Notes under the pieces: generated by a model
Databases searched by the model: none
What the model was told of the DNA's origin: nothing
The model's input: the letters and a program-made list of their open reading frames with translations, nothing else
Translations under genes and position numbers: made by a program
Assembly: GCA_036676495.1 (NCBI GenBank)
Contig: JAKFCT010000029.1
Span: 32,001 to 96,000, forward strand
Length of the DNA stretch: 64,000 nucleotides
Source: Candidatus Sericytochromatia bacterium
Lineage (GTDB): Bacteria > Cyanobacteriota > Sericytochromatia > S15B-MN24 > UBA4093
Reading direction: 5' to 3'
Shown here: in pieces, positions 28,000-37,028 of the stretch
Position numbering within the stretch: position 1 is the stretch's first letter
How the letters are laid out: each line of letters opens with the position of its first letter

Positions 28000-29411
28000 G
28001 CGGCCTCCGTGGGGGGTGTCGGGGCCGGGGGAGCAATCGCCTGCATCAGGGCGGCGGCCTTGTCGAGGGTCTCCTGGTACTCCGAGGCGGCGTCGGAGTC
28101 CGCCACGATGCCGCCGCCGACCTGGACGTAGGCGCGGCCGTCCTGGACGAGGGCGGTGCGGATCACGATGGAGAGGTCCAGGCTGCCGTCGAGGCCCCAG
28201 TAGCCGATCGAGCCGGTGTAGGGGCCGCGCCGCGTGGGTTCGAGGCCTTCGAGGATCTCCATGGAGCGGAGCTTGGGGGCTCCGGTGATCGAGCCGCCCG
28301 GAAAGCTCGCCCGGATGAGGTCGACGGCGTCCAGGCCATCCTTGAGCGTGCCTTCGACGGTCGAGACGAGGTGCCAGACGGTGGGGTGCGCCTCCAGGCG
28401 AAACCGCTCCGGAACGCGCACCGAGCCGATTTCACAGACCCGGCCCAGGTCGTTGCGTTCGAGGTCGACGATCATGAGGTGCTCGGCGCGGTCCTTGCGG
28501 CTGTTTTCGAGCTCTTGAGCGAGCCGGCGATCCTCTGACGGGGTCTGGCCGCGGGGTCGGGTGCCCTTGATGGGGAGGGTTTCGACGCGGCCGTCGCGGA
28601 GCTGGAGGAAGCGTTCCGGGGAGGCGGAGACCAGGGTGACGTCGGGATAGCGCAGGAAGGCCCCGAAGGGGGCGGGGTTGGCGTCGCGCAGGCGCAGGTA
28701 GAGGGCGGCGGGATCTCCCGTGACGGGGATCTCGAAGCGCTGGGAGAGGTTGGCCTGGTAGATGTCTCCGGCCGCGATGTGGGCCTGGACGTGGGCGATC
28801 GCCGCCTCGTACTCCTCCCGGGTGAAGGTCGAGCTCCAGGAGCCCGTGGCTTCGAAGGGGGCGAGAGGGGGCGCTTCCGCTTCGAGCCAGGCCAGGGTTT
28901 CCTCCAGGCGGCGCAGCGCTTCGCGTTCGCGCGACTCCGGGGCATGCGGCAGCCCGGAGCTGATGAGCCAGCCCGCTCCGTCCCGGAAGGCGAAGACGAC
29001 GTCGTACCAGGCAAACTGGAGATCGGGCAGGTTCAGGTCGTCCCGGGCGATGGTGGGCATGGCCTCGAGCTGACGGCCCAGGTCGTAGGAGAGGTAGCCG
29101 ACGGCACCGCCCAGGAAGGGGGGAGCGTCGGGGGGAGGGCTCTCGATCCGCCAGGCGGCGTGGACGTGACGGAGGGCCTCCAGGGGGTCCTCGGTGGAGG
29201 TCCAGGCGGCGGGAGCCGAGGAGCCATGGGGGATGGCATGGTGAACGGTCTTGCCGGAGGCTCGAAGTTCGCGGCGGGCTCCGAAGCCCAGGAAGGTCCA
29301 GGATTCCGAGCCTCCATCGAGCACGAAAGCGTCGGGCTGGGCCACGATCCGTCGGATGAGGGCCGAGAGGGATAGAGATGAGGGCAAGGGGGCGATGATC
29401 GGGGCTTTCAA
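27984..29411 (-). CDS. pabB: Aminodeoxychorismate synthase component I
   Basis: GDIYQANLS, SPERFL, PIKGT, AEHLMIVDLERNDL, FPGGSITGAPK motifs; TTG start after AAGGA. Confidence 0.88.
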   Translation of the reverse strand: MKAPIIAPLPSSLSLSALIRRIVAQPDAFVLDGGSESWTFLGFGARRELRASGKTVHHAIPHGSSAPAAWTSTEDPLEALRHVHAAWRIESPPPDAPPFLGGAVGYLSYDLGRQLEAMPTIARDDLNLPDLQFAWYDVVFAFRDGAGWLISSGLPHAPESREREALRRLEETLAWLEAEAPPLAPFEATGSWSSTFTREEYEAAIAHVQAHIAAGDIYQANLSQRFEIPVTGDPAALYLRLRDANPAPFGAFLRYPDVTLVSASPERFLQLRDGRVETLPIKGTRPRGQTPSEDRRLAQELENSRKDRAEHLMIVDLERNDLGRVCEIGSVRVPERFRLEAHPTVWHLVSTVEGTLKDGLDAVDLIRASFPGGSITGAPKLRSMEILEGLEPTRRGPYTGSIGYWGLDGSLDLSIVIRTALVQDGRAYVQVGGGIVADSDAASEYQETLDKAAALMQAIAPPAPTPPTEAACTSS

Positions 29412-29430
29412 GGGAAGATCCTTTACTATC

Positions 29431-29527
29431 GCACGCTTGAGGCGCAGCCGCACGCTTGAGGCGCAGCCGCCCGCTTGAGGCGCAGCCGCCCGCTTGAGGC
29501 GCAGCCGCACGCTTGAGGCGCAGCCGC
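29431..29527. repeat. 5 x 19-bp tandem repeat GC(A/C)CGCTTGAGGCGCAGCC
   Basis: Units at 29431, 29450, 29469, 29488 and 29507 in the divergent pabB/cutA intergenic region. Confidence 0.95.
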
Positions 29528-29599
29528 TCCCACTCTAACATGTAGACTGGTAGGGTCTGAAGCCCATGAAATCGCAGCCCATCAGAAAGGGGAGGCCCC

Positions 29600-29920
29600 A
29601 TGCGCATCATCTTGACGACGACGTCCCCGGCGGATGCCCCGCAGCTGGCCCGCGCGCTCCTGGAGGAGCGGGTGATCGCGTGCTGCAACGTCTTGCCGTC
29701 GGTGTCGAGCATGTACTGGTGGAAGGGGGAGATCGCGACGGACACGGAGGCGCTGCTGGTGCTCAAGACCGCCGCGGAGCAGGTCGACGCGGCGGTCCGC
29801 CGGATCGCGGAGCTGCATCCGTACGAGGTGCCCGAGATCGTGGTGATTCCGGTCGAGTCGGCCTTCGAGCCGTACGTGAACTGGGTGCGGGAGAGCTGCC
29901 GAGCGACCCTCGAGGACTAA
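29600..29920 (+). CDS. cutA: Divalent-cation tolerance protein CutA
   Basis: LLEERVIACCN, SMYWWKG, LVLKT, LHPYEVPEI motifs. Confidence 0.93.
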   Translation: MRIILTTTSPADAPQLARALLEERVIACCNVLPSVSSMYWWKGEIATDTEALLVLKTAAEQVDAAVRRIAELHPYEVPEIVVIPVESAFEPYVNWVRESCRATLED

Positions 29921-30155
29921 CAGGCTGCTGGAAAAGCTCACGAATTGAGCGACCTACTTGGAAGAGGCGCGGCGGGTCCCGAGATCTGGGGGCCCGCCGC
30001 GTCGTCCTCACGGTCGTCCCCAGGCCGAGCTAAAGAAGGGGCCCCCATCGACCATCCGCATCGCTGCGGCAGCCTACAACCTGGTGAGGATGAGAAAGCT
30101 GCTGGCGTCGCTCGCCCGCTCCTTCACTAAAACGCGGGGTTATTTCAGCCGCCTG
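29921..30155 (+). mobile_element. Internally deleted IS5-family element (MITE-like remnant)
   Basis: Imperfect TIRs CAGGCTGCTGGAAAA and TTATTTCAGCCGCCTG, flanked by CTAA/CTAG. Retains a transposase-like C-terminal peptide AAAYNLVRMRKLLA. Confidence 0.7.
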
Positions 30156-30965
30156 CTAGCCGCCGGATTGCTTCCAGCGGATCAGGATGGTCTCGCGCTG
30201 GAAGAGGCGGACGGCGATGGGCAGGGTGAGGGCCAGGAGGGCGAGGACCACGGCCCAGATGCCGAGGAGCCGGCCCATGGTGAGGGTCATGCCCTGGGTG
30301 CTCTGGATGACGATCATGGCAACCAGGGGAGCGATGAGCACGGCGCCGAGCTGGTTGGCGGTGCGGACCTCGGTGACCCAGGCCGAGACGATGACCAGGA
30401 ACATGACCGTGAGCAAGGTGAGACTGGGGCCGAGCACGCCGATCGCGAAGAGCCAGGGGGGCGAGAGCAAGGTCGCCGACAGGACCTCCGGGGTGGTCAG
30501 GCGCTTTGCGGCAACGATCAGGGCGGCGTAGGGAAGCCAGGTGAAGAGGAGGGCCGGAAGCACCGAGGCCAGGGCCTTGCCCACGAGGAGCTCCCAGGTG
30601 CGGATCGGGGTGGCGAGCAGGGGCTCGAGGGTGCCGGCTTCCTTTTCTCCGACGATGGAGGTGGCGGCGAGGATGCTGGGGATGGTGACCGGCAAGATCA
30701 GGCCGATCAGGAAGAAGGGGGAGAGGGCGGCGTACTGGGCGAGGGCCATGGGTTTCGCGCCTTCGAGCTGGGGAGGCAGGGAGAGATTCGCGGGAAGGGC
30801 CAGCAGTTCGGGGGGAAGTCCCGCCGGGGGATAGGTCGCCAGGTAGAGGCTGATGAGGGCGAGCGAGGGCAGCAAGAGGGAGGGGATGACGAGGGCGATC
30901 AGGATGCCCCAGTTGCGACGCAGGTCCTGAAGCTCCTTCGAGAGGATGATGAGCGCGCTAGTCAA
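30156..30965 (-). CDS. ABC transporter permease
   Basis: SIVGEKEAGTLEPLLATPI motif; multiple TM helices. Confidence 0.88.
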   Translation of the reverse strand: MTSALIILSKELQDLRRNWGILIALVIPSLLLPSLALISLYLATYPPAGLPPELLALPANLSLPPQLEGAKPMALAQYAALSPFFLIGLILPVTIPSILAATSIVGEKEAGTLEPLLATPIRTWELLVGKALASVLPALLFTWLPYAALIVAAKRLTTPEVLSATLLSPPWLFAIGVLGPSLTLLTVMFLVIVSAWVTEVRTANQLGAVLIAPLVAMIVIQSTQGMTLTMGRLLGIWAVVLALLALTLPIAVRLFQRETILIRWKQSGG

Positions 30966-31899
30966 GTTTCAGGCTCCCGGTGAGCGAGAGGTAGGCCTGT
31001 TCGAGGGAGGCCTGTTCTTCGCGGACGAAGCGGATTTCGGCGCCGTGCTCCACGAGCTTGCGGACGAGCAGGGGGTTCTGGGCGCGCGGATCGCCGAGGG
31101 CGACGGAGAGGGTGGGGGGATCGCCTGGCGAGGCGGCTTGCCAGAGGGCGCTCGTGACGAAGGGGAGGGTCTTGGCGGCCGCGAGGAGGGCGTCGTCGCG
31201 GCGGGAAAGTTCGATGAGGGTGCGGCTGCCGAAGCGGCCGCGGCGGAGGCCCTGCGGGGTGTCGATCGCGAGGATCTTGCGCCGGAAGACGGCGACCCGG
31301 TCGCAGAGGCGTTCGGCTTCCTCGAGGCGGTGCGTACACAGAAAGACGGTCTTGCCTTGGGCTTTGAGGCCTGAGATGAAGTCGCGGACCAGGTAGGAGG
31401 CTTCGGGGTCGAGTCCGGAGGTCGGCTCATCCAGGAAGACGAGCTGGGGGTCGTGGATGAGGGCCCGGGCGATGGCGATCTTCTGGGTCATGCCCTTGGA
31501 GAATCGTCCGACGGGCTTGTCCTGGTAGGCCTCCATCTGGAGCATGCGAAGCATGGCGCGGGCGCGGGCGTCGGCGGCCTGGGCGGTGAGGCCGTAGAGC
31601 CTGGCGTAGAAGCGCAGGTTGTCGAGCGGGGAGAGCTTGCGGTAGAGGCCGGGGGATTCGGTGAGGATGCCGACGCGCTGTCGGATCTGGTGGCCTTGCT
31701 TGCGGACGTCGAAGCCTGCGACATGGGCGTCGCCGTCGCTGGGGGAGATGAGGGCGGCGAGCATGCGAATGACGGTGGTCTTCCCGGCGCCGTTGGGTCC
31801 GAGGAAGCCGAAGACTTCGCCGGCGGGGACCTGGAGGGTGAGGGAGTCGACGGCGATGAAGGACCCGAACCGTCGGGTCAGGCGCTGGGTGGCGATCAC
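30958..31899 (-). CDS. ABC transporter ATP-binding protein
   Basis: GPNGAGKTT, FSKGMTQK, LDEPTSGLD; GTG start after AAGGAG. Confidence 0.92.
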   Translation of the reverse strand: MIATQRLTRRFGSFIAVDSLTLQVPAGEVFGFLGPNGAGKTTVIRMLAALISPSDGDAHVAGFDVRKQGHQIRQRVGILTESPGLYRKLSPLDNLRFYARLYGLTAQAADARARAMLRMLQMEAYQDKPVGRFSKGMTQKIAIARALIHDPQLVFLDEPTSGLDPEASYLVRDFISGLKAQGKTVFLCTHRLEEAERLCDRVAVFRRKILAIDTPQGLRRGRFGSRTLIELSRRDDALLAAAKTLPFVTSALWQAASPGDPPTLSVALGDPRAQNPLLVRKLVEHGAEIRFVREEQASLEQAYLSLTGSLKLD

Positions 31900-32115
31900 G
31901 GCGGGCTCCTTTTCATGGGAGGAGCGTAGGCAATCGAGCAAGCCCTGTCAACTCGCGGAGAACAACTTGGCCAAGCTCACCTAACCCTTTCTTCCCTCGA
32001 CCCCCTACGATGGCCCCGATCCCTCATCGACCGTTCCTTTTCTTGGGGGTCGTCGTCCGTTCAGGAGGGCGAGGGAAGGCGTGGGAGGGGAGGCCGCGAA
32101 GCAGGGAGGCTGGAC

Positions 32116-32913
32116 ATGGGGGTCACGGGGCGCCGGCGGATCGTGGGGGTTGGGGCGCTCACGGCGCTCAGCCTGCTGGCATGCAACAAGGAGATTTCGG
32201 CCCCCCCGAGCCGGGCGGCCGAGGCGAGTCCGGGGTCGGCGCGGGGGTACCGTTCGGCCTGGGCGAGCCTGCCTGCGGGGGCGGAGCCCGCGGAGTTCGT
32301 GGACGTGCGCAGCGAGGGGCAGCGCGCGCCGTGGCTCTACGGGGGAGGGTGGCGGATCGGGCGATACGGCCGGGAGGTGGTTTACGAGGTGCCGCTGGCG
32401 CTGAGGCAGCCGGCCGAGCCTTTGACGTTCCGGCGGTACCGCGGGGAGGTTTTCGGGGCGGACGGGGCCTTGCCGCGGAGGTACCGGGTGGAGGCGGAGG
32501 CGCGGTCGCTGGGCGGCTCGGCGCGCTTCGGGGGCTACGGGGAGCTGGCGATGCAGGTGCACTACGTGACTCCGACGACTTACGTGGAGGTCTTGCAGAC
32601 GGATGACGCGCTGCTCATGTGGGAGGCGGTGAACGCGCCTCCGATGCAGGGCTCGGGGTGGACGCAGCTGGCCCGCGTGGCGCATGGGGCCAAGGTGGGG
32701 CAGTGGGTGCGGTTCGGGGCCGAGGTCGACCGGGATCGCGGGACGATCACGGCGTTGCTGGACGGCAAGCCGGTCGCGACGGCGCGCGCCGGGTTACTGC
32801 AGGGGCCCGGTCCGGGGCGGCTGACGCTGCGGGCGACGGGCAATCGCGAGGAGTGGAGGTGGGTCGAGGTCACGGAGCTGGAGGGGCGCCCTTCGGGGAC
32901 CCTTCCGGAGTAA
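32116..32913 (+). CDS. Putative lipoprotein, possible concanavalin/beta-sandwich fold
   Basis: Signal with lipobox LLAC; beta-rich aromatic body; GGAGG RBS. Confidence 0.6.
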   Translation: MGVTGRRRIVGVGALTALSLLACNKEISAPPSRAAEASPGSARGYRSAWASLPAGAEPAEFVDVRSEGQRAPWLYGGGWRIGRYGREVVYEVPLALRQPAEPLTFRRYRGEVFGADGALPRRYRVEAEARSLGGSARFGGYGELAMQVHYVTPTTYVEVLQTDDALLMWEAVNAPPMQGSGWTQLARVAHGAKVGQWVRFGAEVDRDRGTITALLDGKPVATARAGLLQGPGPGRLTLRATGNREEWRWVEVTELEGRPSGTLPE

Positions 32914-33001
32914 GCGCGCCTGGGGGGACGCGCCCCGCGTGCCGCCTTGGGCGGTTGCGAGGGGCGGTCGCATGGTCTCGCCGGGCTGGTAAGGAGGCGC
33001 C

Positions 33002-34285
33002 ATGCCATCGCTTGAGCAGTGTTACCGCTCGGAACGTCCCGTAGCCGTGGTCTACCCGGCCTTTTCCCTGAACTGCTACGGAGTGATCCGGGGGCTGGGG
33101 GAGAAGGGGATCCCGGTGATCGCCCTCGACGAGAACCCCAATCCGCAGTTTCACTCCCGCTACTGCAAGGGGCTGCGCTGCCCGGATCCCAAGGAGGCTC
33201 CCGAGGCCTTCGCGACCTTCCTGGCGGAGCTGGGAGCGCGCTTCAAGACTCCGCCGGTCCTCTACATGATGGAAGACCTCTACGTCTGGCTGGCCCACCG
33301 CTACCGGGATCGGCTCGCGCCTTACTACCGCTTCTCGTTTCTGAGCGAGGAAACGCTTGAGGATTGCCTGGACAAGCGCAGGACGTTCCAGGTGGCGGAG
33401 CGGATCGGCGTGCCCACCCCGCGGACCTTCTACCCCCGCGATACCCGGGAGCTGATGGAGCTGGAGGGCCAGATCCCGCTACCGGCCATCGTCAAGCCGG
33501 TGGTGGCCCGCTTCGACTTCCGCAGCGGGGAGGCGAGCAAGATCTGCACCTTCCCGAAGGTCTTCGGCTCCAAGGCCGTGCGGGCCGACACCTTCCCCGA
33601 GCTGGTGAAGCAGTTCCAACGGGTGGCCGCTCTCGGGATCGAGGCCTGCGTGCAAGAGGAGATACCCGGAGGGCAGGACCTCCTCTACGGGTCGACCCTT
33701 TACGCCAACGCGGACTCGGAGGCGCTGGGCGTCTTCGTGCGGACCAAGCTGCGGCAGACGCCGGCGGACTTCGGGACGATGACCCTGGGGCGGGCGATCG
33801 CCTCCGAGGAAGTCCGGGAAACCTCCGTGCGCATGGCCAAGGCCCTCGGCTTCAAGGGCATCTGCGGCATGGAGTACAAGTACGATCCGCGCGACGGCCA
33901 GTACAAGTTCCTGGAGATCAACCCCCGGGGCGAACTCTGGATGAACCTCGCCAACCACTGCGGCGTGAACCTTCCCTACCTCAAGTACCGGGACCTCACC
34001 GGAGACCCCGTCAGAGCCACGCAGACCAACTTCACGCGCAAGCTCGTGGACCTCAGGGACGACTTCTCGCTCTACTACCAGCGCTACCGGAACGACCCCC
34101 AGTACGGAGTGGGCTTCTGGGACTGGTTCGAATCGCTGACCCGCGGCGAGATCGAGGAGGTCGTCTTCAACTGGAAGGACCCCCTGCCGGGACTCCTGCG
34201 CTACTGGGAGTACCTGCAACGCGTGGCCGCCAAGCGCGCAGGAGCCCTGAAGGAGCCGCGTCCCACCCTCAAAGGGGCCCCTTGA
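33002..34285 (+). CDS. ATP-grasp carboxylate-amine ligase (D-aspartate ligase-like)
   Basis: IRGLGEKGIPV, SRYC, DKRRT, PAIVKP, VQEEIPG, EYKYDPRDG..KFLEINPR motifs. Confidence 0.85.
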   Translation: MPSLEQCYRSERPVAVVYPAFSLNCYGVIRGLGEKGIPVIALDENPNPQFHSRYCKGLRCPDPKEAPEAFATFLAELGARFKTPPVLYMMEDLYVWLAHRYRDRLAPYYRFSFLSEETLEDCLDKRRTFQVAERIGVPTPRTFYPRDTRELMELEGQIPLPAIVKPVVARFDFRSGEASKICTFPKVFGSKAVRADTFPELVKQFQRVAALGIEACVQEEIPGGQDLLYGSTLYANADSEALGVFVRTKLRQTPADFGTMTLGRAIASEEVRETSVRMAKALGFKGICGMEYKYDPRDGQYKFLEINPRGELWMNLANHCGVNLPYLKYRDLTGDPVRATQTNFTRKLVDLRDDFSLYYQRYRNDPQYGVGFWDWFESLTRGEIEEVVFNWKDPLPGLLRYWEYLQRVAAKRAGALKEPRPTLKGAP

Positions 34286-34286
34286 G

Positions 34287-34393
34287 TTAAGGGCAGATTA
34301 AAAACCAGACAAATAGGTGTTAACCCTCTTCCCGCCTGGCGGAAAGCCCGCTAGGCTTGGGAGAGGGTTAACCTTTCGTTAGGGAGTTCATAG
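34287..34393. promoter_or_regulatory. 11-bp-period TTAA boxes (Pho/OmpR-type) around a long palindrome
   Basis: TTAA at 34287, 34298 and 34320 (ACAA at 34309); TTAA/TTAG/ATAG at 34368/34379/34390. Hairpin TTAACCCTCTTCCC...GGGAGAGGGTTAA spans 34320-34371. Confidence 0.5.
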
Positions 34394-34572
34394 CAAGTTT
34401 TCTCGCGAAGGGTCGACAACCTGTTAAGAGCGCTTCAAGAGGCCCCCGCAGTTCGGAGGCCCGGAGCGCGGCAGAGGTCGTCAGAGCGCGTGCCGGAATT
34501 CCCGACAGGCCCCCGGCACCCCCGCTACCTGAATAGGGATAACCGACGTAAGGCTGAGGAAAGGATCTACTC

Positions 34573-35034
34573 ATGCGTCATTACCGAAACCCGCTCGCTG
34601 CCATCGTGACGGCCTTGGCCCTCGGCGCCACTCTCGCCGGCTGCGGCTCCATGCCCATGGGCTTCTCGACCAACTCGGTCGACCAGTTCTCCGCCGACGC
34701 CAAGAACGGCAACCAGAACAAGCCCCCCCGCATCATCAACTTCGTCACCGTCACGGGCACCGTCTCCGAGCTGCTTCCGGATGACACCGTGGGCAACCCC
34801 CACCAGCTCTTCCGCTTCAAGGGCATGGTCAAGGGCAAGATGGAGACCATCCAGGTCGCCCACAACACCGCCCTCGCCCCCTACGTCCCCCTCAAGGTCG
34901 GCGACACCGTCGAAGTCAAGGGCGAGTACATCGACGAGAAGCCCTACGACATCCTCCACTGGACCCACTACAACCCCCGTGGCGGCGACGGCGGCTACAT
35001 CTCCCACAAGGGCAAGAAGTACGAGAAGCTCTAG
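34573..35034 (+). CDS. DUF3465-like lipoprotein
   Basis: LAGC lipobox; G.V..LLPDD..G..HQ.F, VAHN..LAP, GEY, HWTH motifs. Confidence 0.8.
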   Translation: MRHYRNPLAAIVTALALGATLAGCGSMPMGFSTNSVDQFSADAKNGNQNKPPRIINFVTVTGTVSELLPDDTVGNPHQLFRFKGMVKGKMETIQVAHNTALAPYVPLKVGDTVEVKGEYIDEKPYDILHWTHYNPRGGDGGYISHKGKKYEKL

Positions 35035-35045
35035 AGCACTCCTCC

Positions 35046-35070
35046 GTTGGCGCCGCAATGCGGCGCCAAC
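35046..35070 (+). terminator. Probable terminator hairpin
   Basis: GTTGGCGCCGCA/TGCGGCGCCAAC stem after the DUF3465 gene. Confidence 0.5.
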
Positions 35071-35099
35071 CTTCTAGGAACCCTCCCGGAGAGTCCAGG

Positions 35100-35169
35100 G
35101 TAAGACCGGATTAAGCTTCAGGTAAAACCCGCAAGCTGGAGCTCCGGCAAAGCGATAACACGGTATTAA
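35100..35169. promoter_or_regulatory. 11-bp-period (G/T/A)TAA boxes upstream of the 5'-nucleotidase
   Basis: GTAA 35100, TTAA 35111, GTAA 35122, ATAA 35155 and TTAA 35166, all in one 11-bp register. Confidence 0.5.
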
Positions 35170-35216
35170 CATCCGCAGGAATCGTCAAAGCTAGGATTAG
35201 GGGAAAGGTGTCGTCG

Positions 35217-36968
35217 ATGAGGCAGATTAACTGGCTAGTGAGTCCTACCAAGAGTCTCTCCGGCTCCCAGCACTCCAAGAACTCCCTGATCCGCCACGGA
35301 CTCGGCCTCGCCGCCGGCGTCTCCATGCTTCTGGCCTCCGGCTGCGGCATGTTCGGCGGAGCCCCGCTCGCCAACAACCCGGACGATCTCGACTTCCACA
35401 CCCACGGCAAGAACGGCATCCCCACCTCCGCAGGCGTCCCCAAGCTCGGCCAGCAGCCCTTGGTGCCCCAGGACCCCTCCGTCGCAGGTCGCGCCGTTCC
35501 CTTGACCCTCCTTTACACCGCCGACGTCCACTCCCGGATCGATCCCTTCCCGGAAGCCTTCTACCACAAGACCTACGCCGGCAAGGGCGGCCTCGCCCGG
35601 ATCGCCTCCATGGCCCGCGAGCTCAAGCGGCAGAACCCCAACGCGCTCTTGCTCGATTCCGGCGACTACCTGCAGGGCACCCCCTACTTCAACTTCTTCA
35701 AGGGCGAAGTCGAGCTCAAGGCCTACCAGCAGGCCGGCTTCGACGCCGTGACCATCGGGAACCACGAGTTCGACAACGGCGTCCCCATGCTCCGCAAGGC
35801 CCTCGGCAACTACACCGGCCCCATCATCACCACCAACGTCACCTTCTCGCCCGACATGGGACAGCGCTACGCCGTCCTCAAGGCAGGCAACCTGCGGGTC
35901 GGCCTCTTCGGACTCATGACCGAGGTCTCCGGCCTGGTCACCCCCCCCAACTTCCAGACCGCCAAGTACTACGACCCCATCAAGGTCGCCCAGGCCGCCG
36001 TCGAGAAGCTGTCGAAGGAAGCCGACGTCATCGTCTGCATGTCCCACGTCGGCATCGTCCCGCCCTGGAGCGAAGAGGATCCCGCCGCTCACAGCTCGTC
36101 CAAGATCACCGATGAAGTGATCGCCCAGAAGGTCCCCGGCATCGACGTCATCCTCAGCGGCCATACCCACGCCATGGTCAGCAACCCGATCGTGATCCGC
36201 TCGGGCTCCCACCGCACGCTCATCGTCGCCCCCGGCTACGGCGGAGGCTACCTGGGCAAGCTCGATCTGGTCGTCAAGGACGGTCAGGTGCAGCAGTACG
36301 ACAACAAACTGGTGCCGCTGACCGCGAACGTCGCCCCGGCGCAGGACATCGAGAGCCTCGTCTCCCCCTACCGCGCCCAGATGAACCAGACCATCAAGCA
36401 GAAGATCGGCACCGCCCAGGGCGACTTCCGCCGCTACGCCGGAGCTGACTTCGAGTCCTCCCTCAACAACCTCATGGCCGACGCCACCCTGGCTGCCGCC
36501 CGCAAGATCGACCCCGCCGTCGAGTTCGGCATCTCGAGCTCGGGAACCCCCCGCAACTACATCGTCTCGGGCCCCATCACCATCGAGGACGCCTACTACG
36601 CGCTGCCCTTCGACAACAAGATCGTCATCGTCGAGGCCAAGGGTGACAAGGTCGTCCAGATGCTCACCACCCAGCGCCGCTGGACGGACAACAAGCGCCA
36701 CTCCATCGCCAACGCCTCCTACACCCTCAACCCCTCGGCCCGCAAGATCTCGGACATCGTCATCAACGGCAAGCCCTTCGACCCCTCGAAGACCTACAAG
36801 GTCGCGGTCAACGACTACATCGCCGACGGCGGTTCCGGCTTCAACATGGTCCCCGGCCTCAAGCGCATCAACACCGACGTCCTGCAGCGCGATGCCCTGA
36901 TCGACCACATCAAGCAGGTGGGAGTCCTCTTCCCCCAGACCGGCCGCATCAAGGTCATCGGCCAGTAA
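35217..36968 (+). CDS. Bifunctional metallophosphatase / 5'-nucleotidase lipoprotein (UshA-like)
   Basis: TADVHS, LDSGD, GNHEFD, SGHTH motifs, C-terminal 5'-nucleotidase domain (LPFDN, NDYIADGGSG); lipobox ASGC. Start uncertain. Confidence 0.9.
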   Translation: MRQINWLVSPTKSLSGSQHSKNSLIRHGLGLAAGVSMLLASGCGMFGGAPLANNPDDLDFHTHGKNGIPTSAGVPKLGQQPLVPQDPSVAGRAVPLTLLYTADVHSRIDPFPEAFYHKTYAGKGGLARIASMARELKRQNPNALLLDSGDYLQGTPYFNFFKGEVELKAYQQAGFDAVTIGNHEFDNGVPMLRKALGNYTGPIITTNVTFSPDMGQRYAVLKAGNLRVGLFGLMTEVSGLVTPPNFQTAKYYDPIKVAQAAVEKLSKEADVIVCMSHVGIVPPWSEEDPAAHSSSKITDEVIAQKVPGIDVILSGHTHAMVSNPIVIRSGSHRTLIVAPGYGGGYLGKLDLVVKDGQVQQYDNKLVPLTANVAPAQDIESLVSPYRAQMNQTIKQKIGTAQGDFRRYAGADFESSLNNLMADATLAAARKIDPAVEFGISSSGTPRNYIVSGPITIEDAYYALPFDNKIVIVEAKGDKVVQMLTTQRRWTDNKRHSIANASYTLNPSARKISDIVINGKPFDPSKTYKVAVNDYIADGGSGFNMVPGLKRINTDVLQRDALIDHIKQVGVLFPQTGRIKVIGQ

Positions 36969-36981
36969 CCCCCAAACCGAA

Positions 36982-37019
36982 CGCCGCCCCCTCTGGCTCA
37001 GAGGGGGCGGCGCTTTTTT
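36982..37019 (+). terminator. Rho-independent terminator
   Basis: CGCCGCCCCCTCTG/CAGAGGGGGCGGCG stem followed by T6. Confidence 0.8.
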
Positions 37020-37028
37020 GAGAGGGGA

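Noticed and set aside
29958-30983. 341-aa ORF as an intact transposase
   Set aside because: Only about 15 residues are transposase-like; the rest is antisense to the ABC permease.
34420-34570. c-di-AMP or c-di-GMP riboswitch before the DUF3465 gene
   Set aside because: Hairpins are present, but I could not match the conserved cores; it would need an Rfam scan.
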